Origin: Eukaryota sp. TZLM1-RC
Taxonomy: Eukaryota > Protista > Metamonada: BaSk clade
DNA length: 64,000 bases
Direction of reading: 5' to 3'
Assembly: GCA_040285825.1 (NCBI GenBank)
Contig: JAUPSS010000002.1
Coordinates: 1,116,001 to 1,180,000, forward strand
Below are positions 11,119-21,725 of this stretch, piece after piece (within the stretch, counting starts at the first letter, position 1; each line of letters opens with the position of its first letter). Made by a program: the position numbers and the translations under genes. The notes beneath the pieces were generated by a model, which saw only the letters and a program-made list of their open reading frames with translations, did no database searches and was not told the DNA's origin.

Positions 11119-13797
11119 ATGGTGGAGTCTGCACTCCCTTTTAAAGTAGTGCAGTGCTCTTCTGAAGATCCTTCTTTTCCTGTTGTCTCTTTATGTCAAT
11201 CTTCCGACAAATCTTCACTTCGGTCTAAAACTGGCTGGGCATCGACAGACTATGCCCCAATACCTCAAGAGATAACTCTTGCACTCGAACAGAGTGTCTT
11301 TATTTCCACCATTGAACTACTATGTCATCCCTATTACATTCCTACTAAAATAGAACTCTACTTAGGGTCTTGTCCTTCCACCTCCTCCTCTCCAACCTTC
11401 ATCTCTGCCACCTTCCGTCGCCTTGGCTACTTTTCCCTCTCTTCAAATGAACACACCAAACACAAAGCAAGAGAGTTCAAAAGGGTTCCAGTTGGTAGTG
11501 ACGCTCAATTTATTAGGTTTATATTACACAGACCCTATCAAAATGAATTAAACCTTGCTAATAAACTAGGATTGGTTAGTGTAACAATCAAGGGTTATAA
11601 ATCCCAAGACTCTTCAAGACCAATCATTAGTGATGGTTCTAAATTAGGAGCACCATCCGAATCTATACAACCTGTAGTTGATTCAACAACAGCTTCCCAG
11701 ATAAAGAGGCTAATTAAAGAAAAAAATAAAGCGATCACTGTTGAGGATTATGACAAGGCGGAGGAGTTAAAGATGTTGATAGAGAAGTTTAGAACTGCGG
11801 GGGAAGAAATTCAAAGACTTGAGGTTCAGAAATCTCGTGCGGTTGCCGTTGAGGATTTTAAACTGGCCAAGAAGATCAAAAATGATATTGACGATTTGAG
11901 ACTTTCTCTTGGAGCTTATAATAATTCAACAAAACCTAAAGCTATCTGTCATCAAAGTCCAAAATTGGAGGTCAAATCTCCCATGAAAATACTTGATAAT
12001 TCACCAATCAATCAAGCAATCAATCCACCAATCAACCAACCATTCACTGATCAAACTGATGAAGAATCTTTACTCAACCCCTTTGACCAATCCTTTTCTT
12101 CTCCTGTCCAGCATCCTGATGATAGACCTATTAGACCTGCTAAAGTTCTTTCTCCAGATCCCCTACCCATTGAAAAGGAATCTAGCCCGCCAAAAGGAAG
12201 GAATGAAGTAGGCGAAAAGGCCTTGAAACCTGGAAATCCTAACATGTATGATTTGGCAGTTGATTCTGTCGAGGGGTTAAATACTACTCCCTTTCTTCCT
12301 GATCAAAAACCAAAATCGGATGACGTTCCCAAATTGACCTCTAAAGACCGGGAAACTGTTGGGGATGTGCTGGCATTAGTCGATGATGATGATATACCTG
12401 CCCTTTTGGTCTCAAAGCAGTGGCACCATCGTGTCAAAGCCGCACAACTTCTCTCTGATCTTATCCCATCTACCCCCTCTCCTAGCATTGGTTATTTGCG
12501 GGCTCTGGAGTTACTAGCTCAAGACAAACATGCAAACGTTCTTGGTCACTGTATCAGTGGTAAATTAGAAGAAACTGAAAGTATTGAGTTTGCCGGGTCT
12601 CTTTTCCAATCAGTATTGAACAACGCACTTCAACTTGCTCCTCCTTTAAAACCAGTTGAATTTTCCAATTTGATTAAAATTTTAATACATAGATCAGGAG
12701 AGAGTAATCTGAGGGTGGCAAATCTTAGCAAACGATCTGTCAAGATTTTCTCTTTATCTTCTCCAGAAAGAGCAGAGCTTGTCGTCTCGTGTGGATCTGA
12801 ACTGTTTATCGGATTGGTGGAAAAAACCAGAAACCAGAAAAAAAACTTTGCTAGAATGTCAAAAGCATTTTGTGCACCCTTATTGGTGATTATTGATGCA
12901 GTTGATGTGTTGCCTCAAAGTTCGCTGAAAACAACTCCAATAACAACAGCCATCAACAACCTCATCTCCGCCTCAGCACTTCATTCAGCTCCTGAGGTAC
13001 GGAACTTGTCTTTGGAACTAATGAAAAGGCATTGCAGAGTAGCAGGGAAACGTAATGTTATCAAGCTATTGCCTGAAGAAAGTGAATTGAAACCTGAGGA
13101 TGTTAAGCTATTGAAGTTTGTTTTGGCAGCTTTGGATTCTATTGAGGATTCATCTGCTCCTAACCCTGACGAAAGACCAATAAAGCCGCAGAAGAAGGTC
13201 GGCAATGTTGTAAAAAATGAAGAAATTATTAGTCAACAGAAAGTTGCTAAAAAAGGAGAAAAACAAAGGAAAAGGGAAGTTCCTGTAGAAGAAATCCAAA
13301 ACGTGGAGCAAGAGGTCGAAAAAGAAATTCCAAAACCTCCAACAGTTGAGATACCACCGTCACCAGCTTTAATCAATGAACCAGATGCTTACCAGATTGA
13401 GGACGATCTTGACTTTAATTGTGACTATTGCGGCTTTGCTTTTGCTGCAGAAAAAGATTTGGATCTGCATTGGTTCAATGTGTGTCCCTACATGACTTCT
13501 TGTCCTTCTTGCCAACAGATCATACCAATTGAATTACTAAATTTACATCTACTACAACAATGTGATAAGTCAAACAGTTACCGAGAATGCGAAAAATGCC
13601 ATGAAGCTGTTGCAAAGAAGAAATACAACCATCACTTCAAGTGGGGCAATTGTAAACCACCAAAACATGGCAAGTTTCTACGCTGTGTATTGTGTCACCA
13701 GAACGTGGATGCTGATAGTTGGCACGAACATGTAGAGGAAAAGTGCTTGGAAAATGAACGAGTTCCTTCCTTTCAAAAGTTGATTTCTGGAAAGTAA
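11119..13797 (+). CDS. CEP104: Centrosomal protein CEP104 homolog
   Basis: N-terminal jelly-roll (HPYYIPTKIELY, FRRLGYFSLSSNEHTKHKAREFKRV), two UVR-like motifs (AITVEDYDKAEELK, AVAVEDFKLAKKIK), a TOG-like helical region and C-terminal C2HC zinc fingers (LDLHWFNVCPYMTSCPSCQQII). Confidence 0.93.
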   Translation: MVESALPFKVVQCSSEDPSFPVVSLCQSSDKSSLRSKTGWASTDYAPIPQEITLALEQSVFISTIELLCHPYYIPTKIELYLGSCPSTSSSPTFISATFRRLGYFSLSSNEHTKHKAREFKRVPVGSDAQFIRFILHRPYQNELNLANKLGLVSVTIKGYKSQDSSRPIISDGSKLGAPSESIQPVVDSTTASQIKRLIKEKNKAITVEDYDKAEELKMLIEKFRTAGEEIQRLEVQKSRAVAVEDFKLAKKIKNDIDDLRLSLGAYNNSTKPKAICHQSPKLEVKSPMKILDNSPINQAINPPINQPFTDQTDEESLLNPFDQSFSSPVQHPDDRPIRPAKVLSPDPLPIEKESSPPKGRNEVGEKALKPGNPNMYDLAVDSVEGLNTTPFLPDQKPKSDDVPKLTSKDRETVGDVLALVDDDDIPALLVSKQWHHRVKAAQLLSDLIPSTPSPSIGYLRALELLAQDKHANVLGHCISGKLEETESIEFAGSLFQSVLNNALQLAPPLKPVEFSNLIKILIHRSGESNLRVANLSKRSVKIFSLSSPERAELVVSCGSELFIGLVEKTRNQKKNFARMSKAFCAPLLVIIDAVDVLPQSSLKTTPITTAINNLISASALHSAPEVRNLSLELMKRHCRVAGKRNVIKLLPEESELKPEDVKLLKFVLAALDSIEDSSAPNPDERPIKPQKKVGNVVKNEEIISQQKVAKKGEKQRKREVPVEEIQNVEQEVEKEIPKPPTVEIPPSPALINEPDAYQIEDDLDFNCDYCGFAFAAEKDLDLHWFNVCPYMTSCPSCQQIIPIELLNLHLLQQCDKSNSYRECEKCHEAVAKKKYNHHFKWGNCKPPKHGKFLRCVLCHQNVDADSWHEHVEEKCLENERVPSFQKLISGK

Positions 13798-15329
13798 TTT
13801 ATTAGTAAATTTGATTGTGTACAATATCTTTTAAGTAAAATTATCATTTTTAATTAATTTCATTGTTTCTAACTCGTAATTTTGTTTTCACCTAACTATC
13901 TGCATGCTCTTAGTTTTGTCAAAATAATTTGAATTTCACACATGCTATTCTGAATGAACATATTTTTCCCCGACTGTTTTTATTAGGTTAGCAATAAGGT
14001 TTTTTTACTTCAAATTGAGTATTTAGAGTCAGTATTTTGTGGTGTATAATCAGAATTGTCGTCATCGACAGAGCAGAACAATTAGGAATTTCTCAAGTAG
14101 AATTGTGGAAAAACTCTGTTGCCCATGAAGAATATAGTTGCAGCAGAGTTGGGTTTAAACAAGTGATTGATTAATGGAAGACTGGAATTAAACAACAATC
14201 AACAATAAATGGAACCAAGTACAAGGCTCTCATATCGTTGTAGATTGGTGAGGATTTTTGTTGGAATTTCTAACAACAACATCCAAATTATTTTTTTTAA
14301 AAAAAATAAAAATTATTGTTGTGAACAATGATGAACAAATATACTGTACAATTGGTATCTCAGTTTGTGACCAGTTTCAGATTTTCAATAATACCAACAG
14401 AATCTTGCTCTTGACTGAATCCCTGGATGATACATCAAATCACTCCCTTTGTTAATTACAAATTCACCAAAATATATGTCAATACTTAAAGAAATTTTAC
14501 TTCGAAAAACGTATTAGATGAACTTAAATTCTTAATTCCACTTTTTGTGATAAGTCATCGTCTCCTTTGATGACACAATCACCTCAGAGATAAGTCTTAT
14601 TTATTTTTTATAAGTTATAAGTTATTTATTTATTTGAGGGATTGTGAATGCGTTGTTGATTTGAATTTAAAACTAGGTATGTGGGCTTTTAATGCATTTC
14701 TAAATGTTCTAAAAAACGCTAATCATCACCATGAAGATAAGTGTCCGGAATTGATGAACTATCGATCAATTTTTCACAATAATCCTCACGATTGTGGTTA
14801 TTAAATGTTCGTGGCTAATGGACTTCATGTCAAAATAATTCTCTTTGGTTCATCTCAAGAACTTCACTGTTTTCATTTTTGGTTGGGAGACTTTGTTGTT
14901 CCATAAAAATACAACATGAAATTGGAGATGACTAGATCAAAAATTGCTTTAGTAAACTCAACTTAGTCAAAATGATGCACTGTTTAGATGTATAGTAAGA
15001 GTACGGTTCTATTTAAAAAAAGAGTACAAATTTACTCTTCATCAAATTAGAGAAAATGTTGATTAAAAAATAATTAATTAATTTTAATTGCAATTATCTT
15101 ATTGCTACTGCTTATTTAGAGCTTTTTACCACCCATAACTGTCATTTTCAGAGTTTGACACAAAAGCTGAAAAACAACATAGATGAACTATTAAATTAAT
15201 GTTCTCCGTTTATTTTTTTGTGGCCACAGATAGACTTCCAACATTAAAAGAAGAAAGACTAACGACAACCACTATCCTAATGTACAAGATATAATACAAC
15301 TACTAGAAAAACCTAATCAAGAACAAAAC

Positions 15330-17213
15330 CTAATCAAAAACAAAATCTGTATCAACATGCATACTCATATTGACATTGGTTTCTGCTGTCATTGGCCTCT
15401 CAGCAAACTCTTTTCCTTTATTAAAGTAATTATCCCACAACCGTGATAGCGGAATATCATCTCTATCAAGATCCACAGACTCCAACAATTTAAGTTTTCT
15501 AATATTGCTCTTATCCACCCTTTCCACTTGCGTCCTCAATTGGGCTGTGCTATTCACAGATTCTGGTCTTTCGCTCTCATTAGACAATGGTAGAGGAGGC
15601 CTGGAGGAAGAAGGAATGGCAGTTGAAGGACGACTTTCAGGGAAAACAAAGGTACTGGTCGTATCAATTGACTGTTCCACCCCAACACCATTCTTTTCAA
15701 GTTTTGAAACAAGAGAAAGGTCATGAGGTAATTCTAAATCACTTTCCTCATCTGATTGATTACTTTCTGATTGATTACTTTCTGATTGATTACTTTCCAA
15801 TACTTTTTCCTCCTCCATAGTAGAATTATTTCCCAAAGAGGGTTTATGAATGGGTCGTTCATCTCTTTCATTACGACCAACAGAGGAAGTATTTGAAGAA
15901 GGAGGATGCAATGAGGAAGTGTGTTGAGTGTCAGGAACACGAGTCGATTGTTGGGCTCTTTCAAACAGTTCCTCGACTTTTTTTAAGTAATTCTCCAAAT
16001 CTTGTTTCGTGGCAAATTCCTTCCTTAAATCTTCCGGTGATATTCCACTACTCTCCACCCTGGAATGAGTGGGCTCACTTGGAGGCAGAACACGGACTGG
16101 CTGGGGGTTAGGGTCATTGTGAGTTTCAAGGTCCAAAACAGAATGCTCAGTAACAGGAGAAGAAAAATTATTAAACCCGGATTTGGTAGGTTTTTCAAAA
16201 GTCAAAACAGTAAAGTTGTCTGGTTGAGTTTTAACCCTGGGAGGAGAGCTCTCAATATCTTTTCTTTTGGAAAGTTCCTGTTCGATCTTCTCCTCATATT
16301 CTTTTTCCCTTCGTTTTTGTTCTTCATCTCTTCTTTTCTTTTCTTCCATTTGTTGTTGAAGAATATGGCGTTGTTGCAATTGTTGATTCTTTTGCTGTTC
16401 AAGTTGATGAGGGTCAATGTAACCTCTTCTCAACTCCGACACACCCGACATAAATGCCTTGTTCGGACTTTTGGAAGGCGATGAAGAAAACGAGCTTGGT
16501 TGATTGATTGGTTCTGAATATTGGTTGAAAGAAGGTGGTTGCATGTGATTTGATTGAACATTTGATTGACTCGCTGGTTGAGACTTGGGTTCTGATGGGG
16601 CTCCATTACCTGGTTGTCCAAAAGGATTAAAGTTGGCCATTTCACGTTCTTTTTTAAGTTCATACTCCATTTCCTTTCTTTTAGCTTCCTCTTGAAGTCT
16701 TTTCTTTTCTTCCATTTGCTGTTGAAGAATTAACCGTTGTTGCTGTTGTTGAACCTTTTGTTTTGCAATTTCATTTGGATCAACATGACCTCTAGTGAGT
16801 TCTGTAAGGCCAGCCATGAACTTCTTGTTATTTGAATGTGGTTCAGAAGAAATGGGCTGTGGAGAATGATTAAAATGTAAGGAACTGTGATCAGAATTTA
16901 AAACTTCATTGCGTTGTGGAGATATTGAAGAAGAAGGATCAGTTTGAGGAGGTGACCGAGAAACTTGATCAAGACGAGTAAGATTATTGCCAAAGTTGTC
17001 TTTAATAGGAGCACCATGGCCAGAACGACCAAAAGGTTGGAAGGACATGCTCTCTCGTTCTAGTTTAAGTTCATATTCACGTTCTTTACGACGTTCTTCT
17101 TCCTTTCGCCGTTGTACTTCTTCCATTTGTTTTTGTAGCTCTAGTCGTCTTTGTTCTTGCAGACGACGTTTATTTTCTATAGAGTCATCGCGACCAAGAG
17201 AAGAGAGGAACAT
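15330..17213 (-). CDS. CSPP1/CCDC66-like coiled-coil centrosomal protein
   Basis: Repeated L-Q-x-Q-M-E-E-K-K-R coiled coils, two of them followed by FQPFGRSGHGAPIKDNFGN / FNPFGQPGNGAP, resembling the CSPP1 NPWGKGGGGAPLRD motif. ESNQS x3 repeat at ~15750-15797. Confidence 0.6.
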   Translation of the reverse strand: MFLSSLGRDDSIENKRRLQEQRRLELQKQMEEVQRRKEEERRKEREYELKLERESMSFQPFGRSGHGAPIKDNFGNNLTRLDQVSRSPPQTDPSSSISPQRNEVLNSDHSSLHFNHSPQPISSEPHSNNKKFMAGLTELTRGHVDPNEIAKQKVQQQQQRLILQQQMEEKKRLQEEAKRKEMEYELKKEREMANFNPFGQPGNGAPSEPKSQPASQSNVQSNHMQPPSFNQYSEPINQPSSFSSSPSKSPNKAFMSGVSELRRGYIDPHQLEQQKNQQLQQRHILQQQMEEKKRRDEEQKRREKEYEEKIEQELSKRKDIESSPPRVKTQPDNFTVLTFEKPTKSGFNNFSSPVTEHSVLDLETHNDPNPQPVRVLPPSEPTHSRVESSGISPEDLRKEFATKQDLENYLKKVEELFERAQQSTRVPDTQHTSSLHPPSSNTSSVGRNERDERPIHKPSLGNNSTMEEEKVLESNQSESNQSESNQSDEESDLELPHDLSLVSKLEKNGVGVEQSIDTTSTFVFPESRPSTAIPSSSRPPLPLSNESERPESVNSTAQLRTQVERVDKSNIRKLKLLESVDLDRDDIPLSRLWDNYFNKGKEFAERPMTAETNVNMSMHVDTDFVFD

Positions 17214-17294
17214 TGTTTTTCGAGTGAAAAAGAAAAATACACTTCTTCGCTTTTAAACACACTTTCTGTAAACATAATGCAAATGGTGTGAGTC
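17214..17294. promoter_or_regulatory. 81-bp divergent (bidirectional) promoter region
   Basis: The ATGs of the CSPP1-like gene (-) and CCT7 (+) are 81 bp apart, head-to-head. Confidence 0.6.
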
Positions 17295-18959
17295 ATGCCA
17301 TTGGACTCATCACAGCAACCAGGAATTATTCTTCTTAAGGAGGGAACCGATGACTCGCAAGGTGTTCCCCAAATTGTATCAAATATCGCTGCTTGCTCAG
17401 CTGTGGCGGATGTCGTCAGAACTACTTTGGGTCCTCGAGGTCTAGATAAGCTTATTAGGACTGCTCGTGATCGTACTATCTCTAACGACGGTGCAACTAT
17501 AATGTCTCTTCTCGATGTTGTTCATCCCGCCGGAAAAATGTTGGTCGATATATCTCGATCACAAGATTTTGAACAAGGTGATGGAACAACTTCCGTCGTG
17601 GTTCTTGCTGTCGAACTGATGAAACTCGCCAAGCCCTTCATTGAAGACAAAGTTCATCCTCGCTTCATCACATCTGCTTATAGACTTGCTCTCTCTAAAT
17701 GTTTGGAAAAGATCGAAGAACTTCAAACCACCATGACTGACTCTCAAAAGTTGTTGGAAAAGTGCGCTGCCACGTCAATGTCTAGTAAACTCATTGCTGG
17801 TTACCGTGATTTCTTTGCTCCAATGGCCGTGAATGCTGTTATGCACCTTAAGGATCATGATTATGATCTCTCACTTTTGGGTATAAAAAAGGTACCAGGA
17901 GGTTCAATGGAAGACTCTGTTTTAGTTGATGGAGTGGCCTTTCAAAAAACCTTTTCCTATGCAGGATTCGAACAACAGCCTAAAAAGTTCAAGGATCCCA
18001 AGATTGTGCTACTTAATGTTGAACTTGAGTTGAAGGCCGAAGCCACAAATGCTGAAGTACGTCTATCTGATCCCGATCAGTTTAAGTCTATTGTTGACGC
18101 TGAATGGCAAATCATTTACGACAAACTTGATGCAATCACTGCCTCGGGGGCGAATATTGTGTTATCAATGATGCCGATTGGGGATCTTGCCACTCAATAC
18201 TTTGCTGATCGTGATATTTTCTGTGCTGGTCGAGTTCCCAAGGATGATATGCGAAGGGTATCCACTGCCACGGGAGCTTCTGTTCAAAGCTCATGCAACA
18301 ACCTTTCTTCAGAAGTTTTGGGTACTTGTGAAGTTTTTGAAGAACGTCAGATCGGATCTGAACGTTTTAATCTCTTTTTGGGTGTACCAGAGTCAAAGAC
18401 GGTTACCATCATTCTCAGGGGTGGTGCTAATGAGTTTATTGAAGAAGTTGACCGTTCACTCCATGATGCTATCTGCGTTGTTAAGAGAGCTGCACAGAGT
18501 TCTAATATTGTTGCCGGCGGAGGAGCAATTGAAATGGAACTATCTAAATATCTCCGTGAATTTTCCAAAACTATTCATGGTAAGCAACAACTAATGGTTG
18601 CTGCTTTTGCTCGTGCTCTTGAGGTGGTACCTCGTCAACTCGCTGAAAATGCTGGTTTTGATACTGTTGACGTAATGAATAAGCTTCGACATTATCACCA
18701 TGTTGGAAATACCTGGGAAGGAGTTGATATAGATAATGGTGGAACTTGTGATTGTTACGAGACCTTTGTTTGGGAGCCATCATCTATAAAGGTTAATGTA
18801 CTCGCTGCTGCAACCGAAGCTGCATGTACTATTCTTTCTGTTGATGAAACTATCAAAAATCCAAAGGCGGAGCAAGGTCAACAGCAGCAGCAACCTGTGC
18901 GCGGTCGTGGAAGGGGTAGAGGTCGTGCTCCACGAGTTTTAAGAGGCCGTGGTGGTTAA
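17295..18959 (+). CDS. CCT7: T-complex protein 1 subunit eta
   Basis: [72 protein letters not shown], and an RGRG tail typical of CCT7. Confidence 0.97.
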   Translation: MPLDSSQQPGIILLKEGTDDSQGVPQIVSNIAACSAVADVVRTTLGPRGLDKLIRTARDRTISNDGATIMSLLDVVHPAGKMLVDISRSQDFEQGDGTTSVVVLAVELMKLAKPFIEDKVHPRFITSAYRLALSKCLEKIEELQTTMTDSQKLLEKCAATSMSSKLIAGYRDFFAPMAVNAVMHLKDHDYDLSLLGIKKVPGGSMEDSVLVDGVAFQKTFSYAGFEQQPKKFKDPKIVLLNVELELKAEATNAEVRLSDPDQFKSIVDAEWQIIYDKLDAITASGANIVLSMMPIGDLATQYFADRDIFCAGRVPKDDMRRVSTATGASVQSSCNNLSSEVLGTCEVFEERQIGSERFNLFLGVPESKTVTIILRGGANEFIEEVDRSLHDAICVVKRAAQSSNIVAGGGAIEMELSKYLREFSKTIHGKQQLMVAAFARALEVVPRQLAENAGFDTVDVMNKLRHYHHVGNTWEGVDIDNGGTCDCYETFVWEPSSIKVNVLAAATEAACTILSVDETIKNPKAEQGQQQQQPVRGRGRGRGRAPRVLRGRGG

Positions 18960-20338
18960 ATGATCAAAACTGTATTAAGTATTAAAATAAATCAAACTTT
19001 GACTCTTTGAACCTTTTCAAATTTGTATAAAGTTTTATTACGCAACATGTGTCAGATTTTTTCATATTCATTCCAGAATATTGAAGACCACAATCAATTC
19101 AATGCACTATGGAGGTTAACTATCCTTAAAACTTATACCAGACATTAAATAATTGGTGATGATAGTCTCAAGTGATAACAATAGTATTGGAAAAGTGTTC
19201 ATGAACGGAGTATGCAGTCCATGTTCAAGTCATCATAGTGAATGGTATCAAATTTCAAGTTCAAAAAATTTAGTGAATTTTTATCAGAATTGTCTACCCA
19301 ACATCATGTTAAATACAATTTGTAGGTATCTAAAGTTTCCCCTACACAAAAATTCATTTCGTTCAATCAGGGGGTTACTATTATGGCAGGACCATTATTT
19401 GTTTTTACATTGAGCCAACAATGTTTAAATTATATGCATTAGTTTCCTTTAAACATAAATATTAATACTAAAAGGCCATTTAAACACATTTGTAGCCAAA
19501 TATGCATGGTCAAAGCAAGAGTTGTTTTTGAATTTGAGTTATCATTTCTAGGTTTACCTTCTATCTTCTACAACCCATACTATTCTTCATCAAAAGCCCC
19601 TAATAAAAGAACAAACGTGTAATCCATGACTTTGTAGTCTGTTCAATCTTCCTTAGAAGCTGTAAGGGAAAAGAAAGCGTTAGATCAGCCGACTTCACCA
19701 AATGTCGATGTTCAAACTCACTCTGTCTCATTCTGTCGACAAGAAGGTTTCATAGACTGCTAATCTGTATAAGTGTGACTAGGGGGTGGTATAATCAATT
19801 TTGATAATGAATAAGCGATTTTTAATGAAAATTTTTCAAAAGCTGTAGTTATAATAGCTGAAGTGATGGAACACGTTGGATGCCTAATTATGTTATGATC
19901 TTGCCGTAATAACGACCCCTTGCTACACTTCCATTTTAGTAAGAACTTATGAAAATTCCTTCATCAAAATATATTTTTTATCCATTCAGAACAAACATTT
20001 TCTGTAAAGCAAACCACAAGTGATTATCATATTTATGGAACTTGCAGCCCGTTATTTTTTGTACAGTATTTGTTGAATGACTATTTCATCACATTTTGGG
20101 AAAACAAGGATGTCATCAGAAGACTTGATATATAAATTAAGCTTTTGACGACTGTAAAGTTTAACGAAATAACCAAACTAAAACACTATTAATAGAGCTC
20201 TTTTTTGAGTTAAAAAACAGTATACGGTATTTGGAAAAACATTTGGGTTTCAAAAACTTTGGAATTTGTTCAGGCTTATCCCAGTTTGGTGGAATTTCCA
20301 AATCATTTTCCAACACCTTTTGGTCCACCCACAGTACA

Positions 20339-21406
20339 ATGCTTGTTAAGTTCCTGTTACAACAGAATCTGGAGAGTCCCATTATCACTTCCATTCCCAA
20401 CACTCAACCCATTTCATCTTGTTTGCCTACACTTGCTGTTAAAACCAACCTTACCATTAAAGAATTAGAATCTCGATTCTTCTACAAGGTTAGATCTCTC
20501 AAGGACCCTAGTCCAGATTCACGTGTTACACTTGACGAAACCGTTGATCAGCTTCAACTTTCTTTCAGTTCTGCAATCCTTGTTTGTGAAGAAGAACGTG
20601 TAGATCTCCCGCCAAAACCCAACACAACTAGTCTTACCTCAAAACCTCCCTCCCCTGCTCCGGCTGTCCGTACTTCTGCACCTCACTCTACCCTCACAAC
20701 CTCTACAACTCAGACATTTTCCCCTCAAACTCAAACATTTGGTTCCAATGTTTGCTTTGAGTGTCCGGAATGTGCGAGAAGATCTCAACTCGAATCCTTT
20801 TCAATTTGTACACAAACACTCAAACCTAAGGAACCGAAAGTTGAGGAAAAAGTTTTTATTGATGAAGATTGTCAAACTGTTCAAGCCTGTCTCAATTCTA
20901 TACAGATCCAAACCGAAGAGGAAGAGTTAAGTGATGGCTCTGAGGTTGATGAATCAGAAGAAGAATTTTCAAGTAGGAACCCTTTGAACTGTTCAAGAGT
21001 AGAATTGTCTTTGGAAGAGCTGCTACCACTGAAAAGCAACAATAAACCAGTTAGTCAAATTCTGAATGATTCAAATGAATTTTGTCTGAACGACAGTCGG
21101 TCGTTATCAATGAACACTTCAATAAGACCAAAATCGTTATCAAAGTCCCCCAAGTTGACCCCCAAGTTCAAACCAAATGTCTACAATGTCAAAGTGTTAC
21201 CTTTACCACCCTCGCTGAGAGAGGAATCTGTGTTGCGAAGGGCTTTTGGTTCATTTGGATCAATACTGTCAGTTGAGTTGGGTGTAGATAAAGAGGGGGT
21301 TTCGGCTCTAATCACTTTTAGTAACAGGAATTCAGCAATCAGTGCTGTTGAAGCTCTTAACAATGTATCTTTTGATTCTGCTCAATTGAAAGTTGTTTTG
21401 GTTTAG
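20339..21406 (+). CDS. Hypothetical protein with C-terminal RRM
   Basis: First ATG at 20339. C-terminal RRM: NVKVLPLPPSLREESVLRRAFGSFGSILSVEL...ALITFSNRNSAISAVEALNNVSFDSAQLKVVL. Confidence 0.75.
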   Translation: MLVKFLLQQNLESPIITSIPNTQPISSCLPTLAVKTNLTIKELESRFFYKVRSLKDPSPDSRVTLDETVDQLQLSFSSAILVCEEERVDLPPKPNTTSLTSKPPSPAPAVRTSAPHSTLTTSTTQTFSPQTQTFGSNVCFECPECARRSQLESFSICTQTLKPKEPKVEEKVFIDEDCQTVQACLNSIQIQTEEEELSDGSEVDESEEEFSSRNPLNCSRVELSLEELLPLKSNNKPVSQILNDSNEFCLNDSRSLSMNTSIRPKSLSKSPKLTPKFKPNVYNVKVLPLPPSLREESVLRRAFGSFGSILSVELGVDKEGVSALITFSNRNSAISAVEALNNVSFDSAQLKVVLV

Positions 21407-21725
21407 GTTTTTTAAAGAGTTTAATTTTAATTTGTTTATATGTTTTATTACTTTCAGAATTGCACTCAGATTGGACAAATCTGTTAATCTTTCTTTTGAA
21501 TAGAGAAGTTTAGTTAATTAAGATTAATTTATAAATATAAATAATATTCGATAAAGTTTATTGTCAGCTAGGAATCTGAGGTTTCTGACAATTTACCATT
21601 ATCTCCACAAACATGTGCTTTTGGTTCTGAATACTCCTAAAGCTATTCAATGGTGAAGAAGTTGGACAAAAAGAAGATAAAGTCACAGAAAAAATACTTT
21701 TGGCATTTGTTTTTATTGTCACATC

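Noticed and set aside
18880-18959. Unusual Q/RG tail on the chaperonin
   Set aside because: RGRG tails are normal for CCT7.
19150-19600. Possible primase-like remnant on the minus strand (CFDHAYLATNVFKWPFSIN)
   Set aside because: Single weak motif, many stops and no supporting catalytic motifs.
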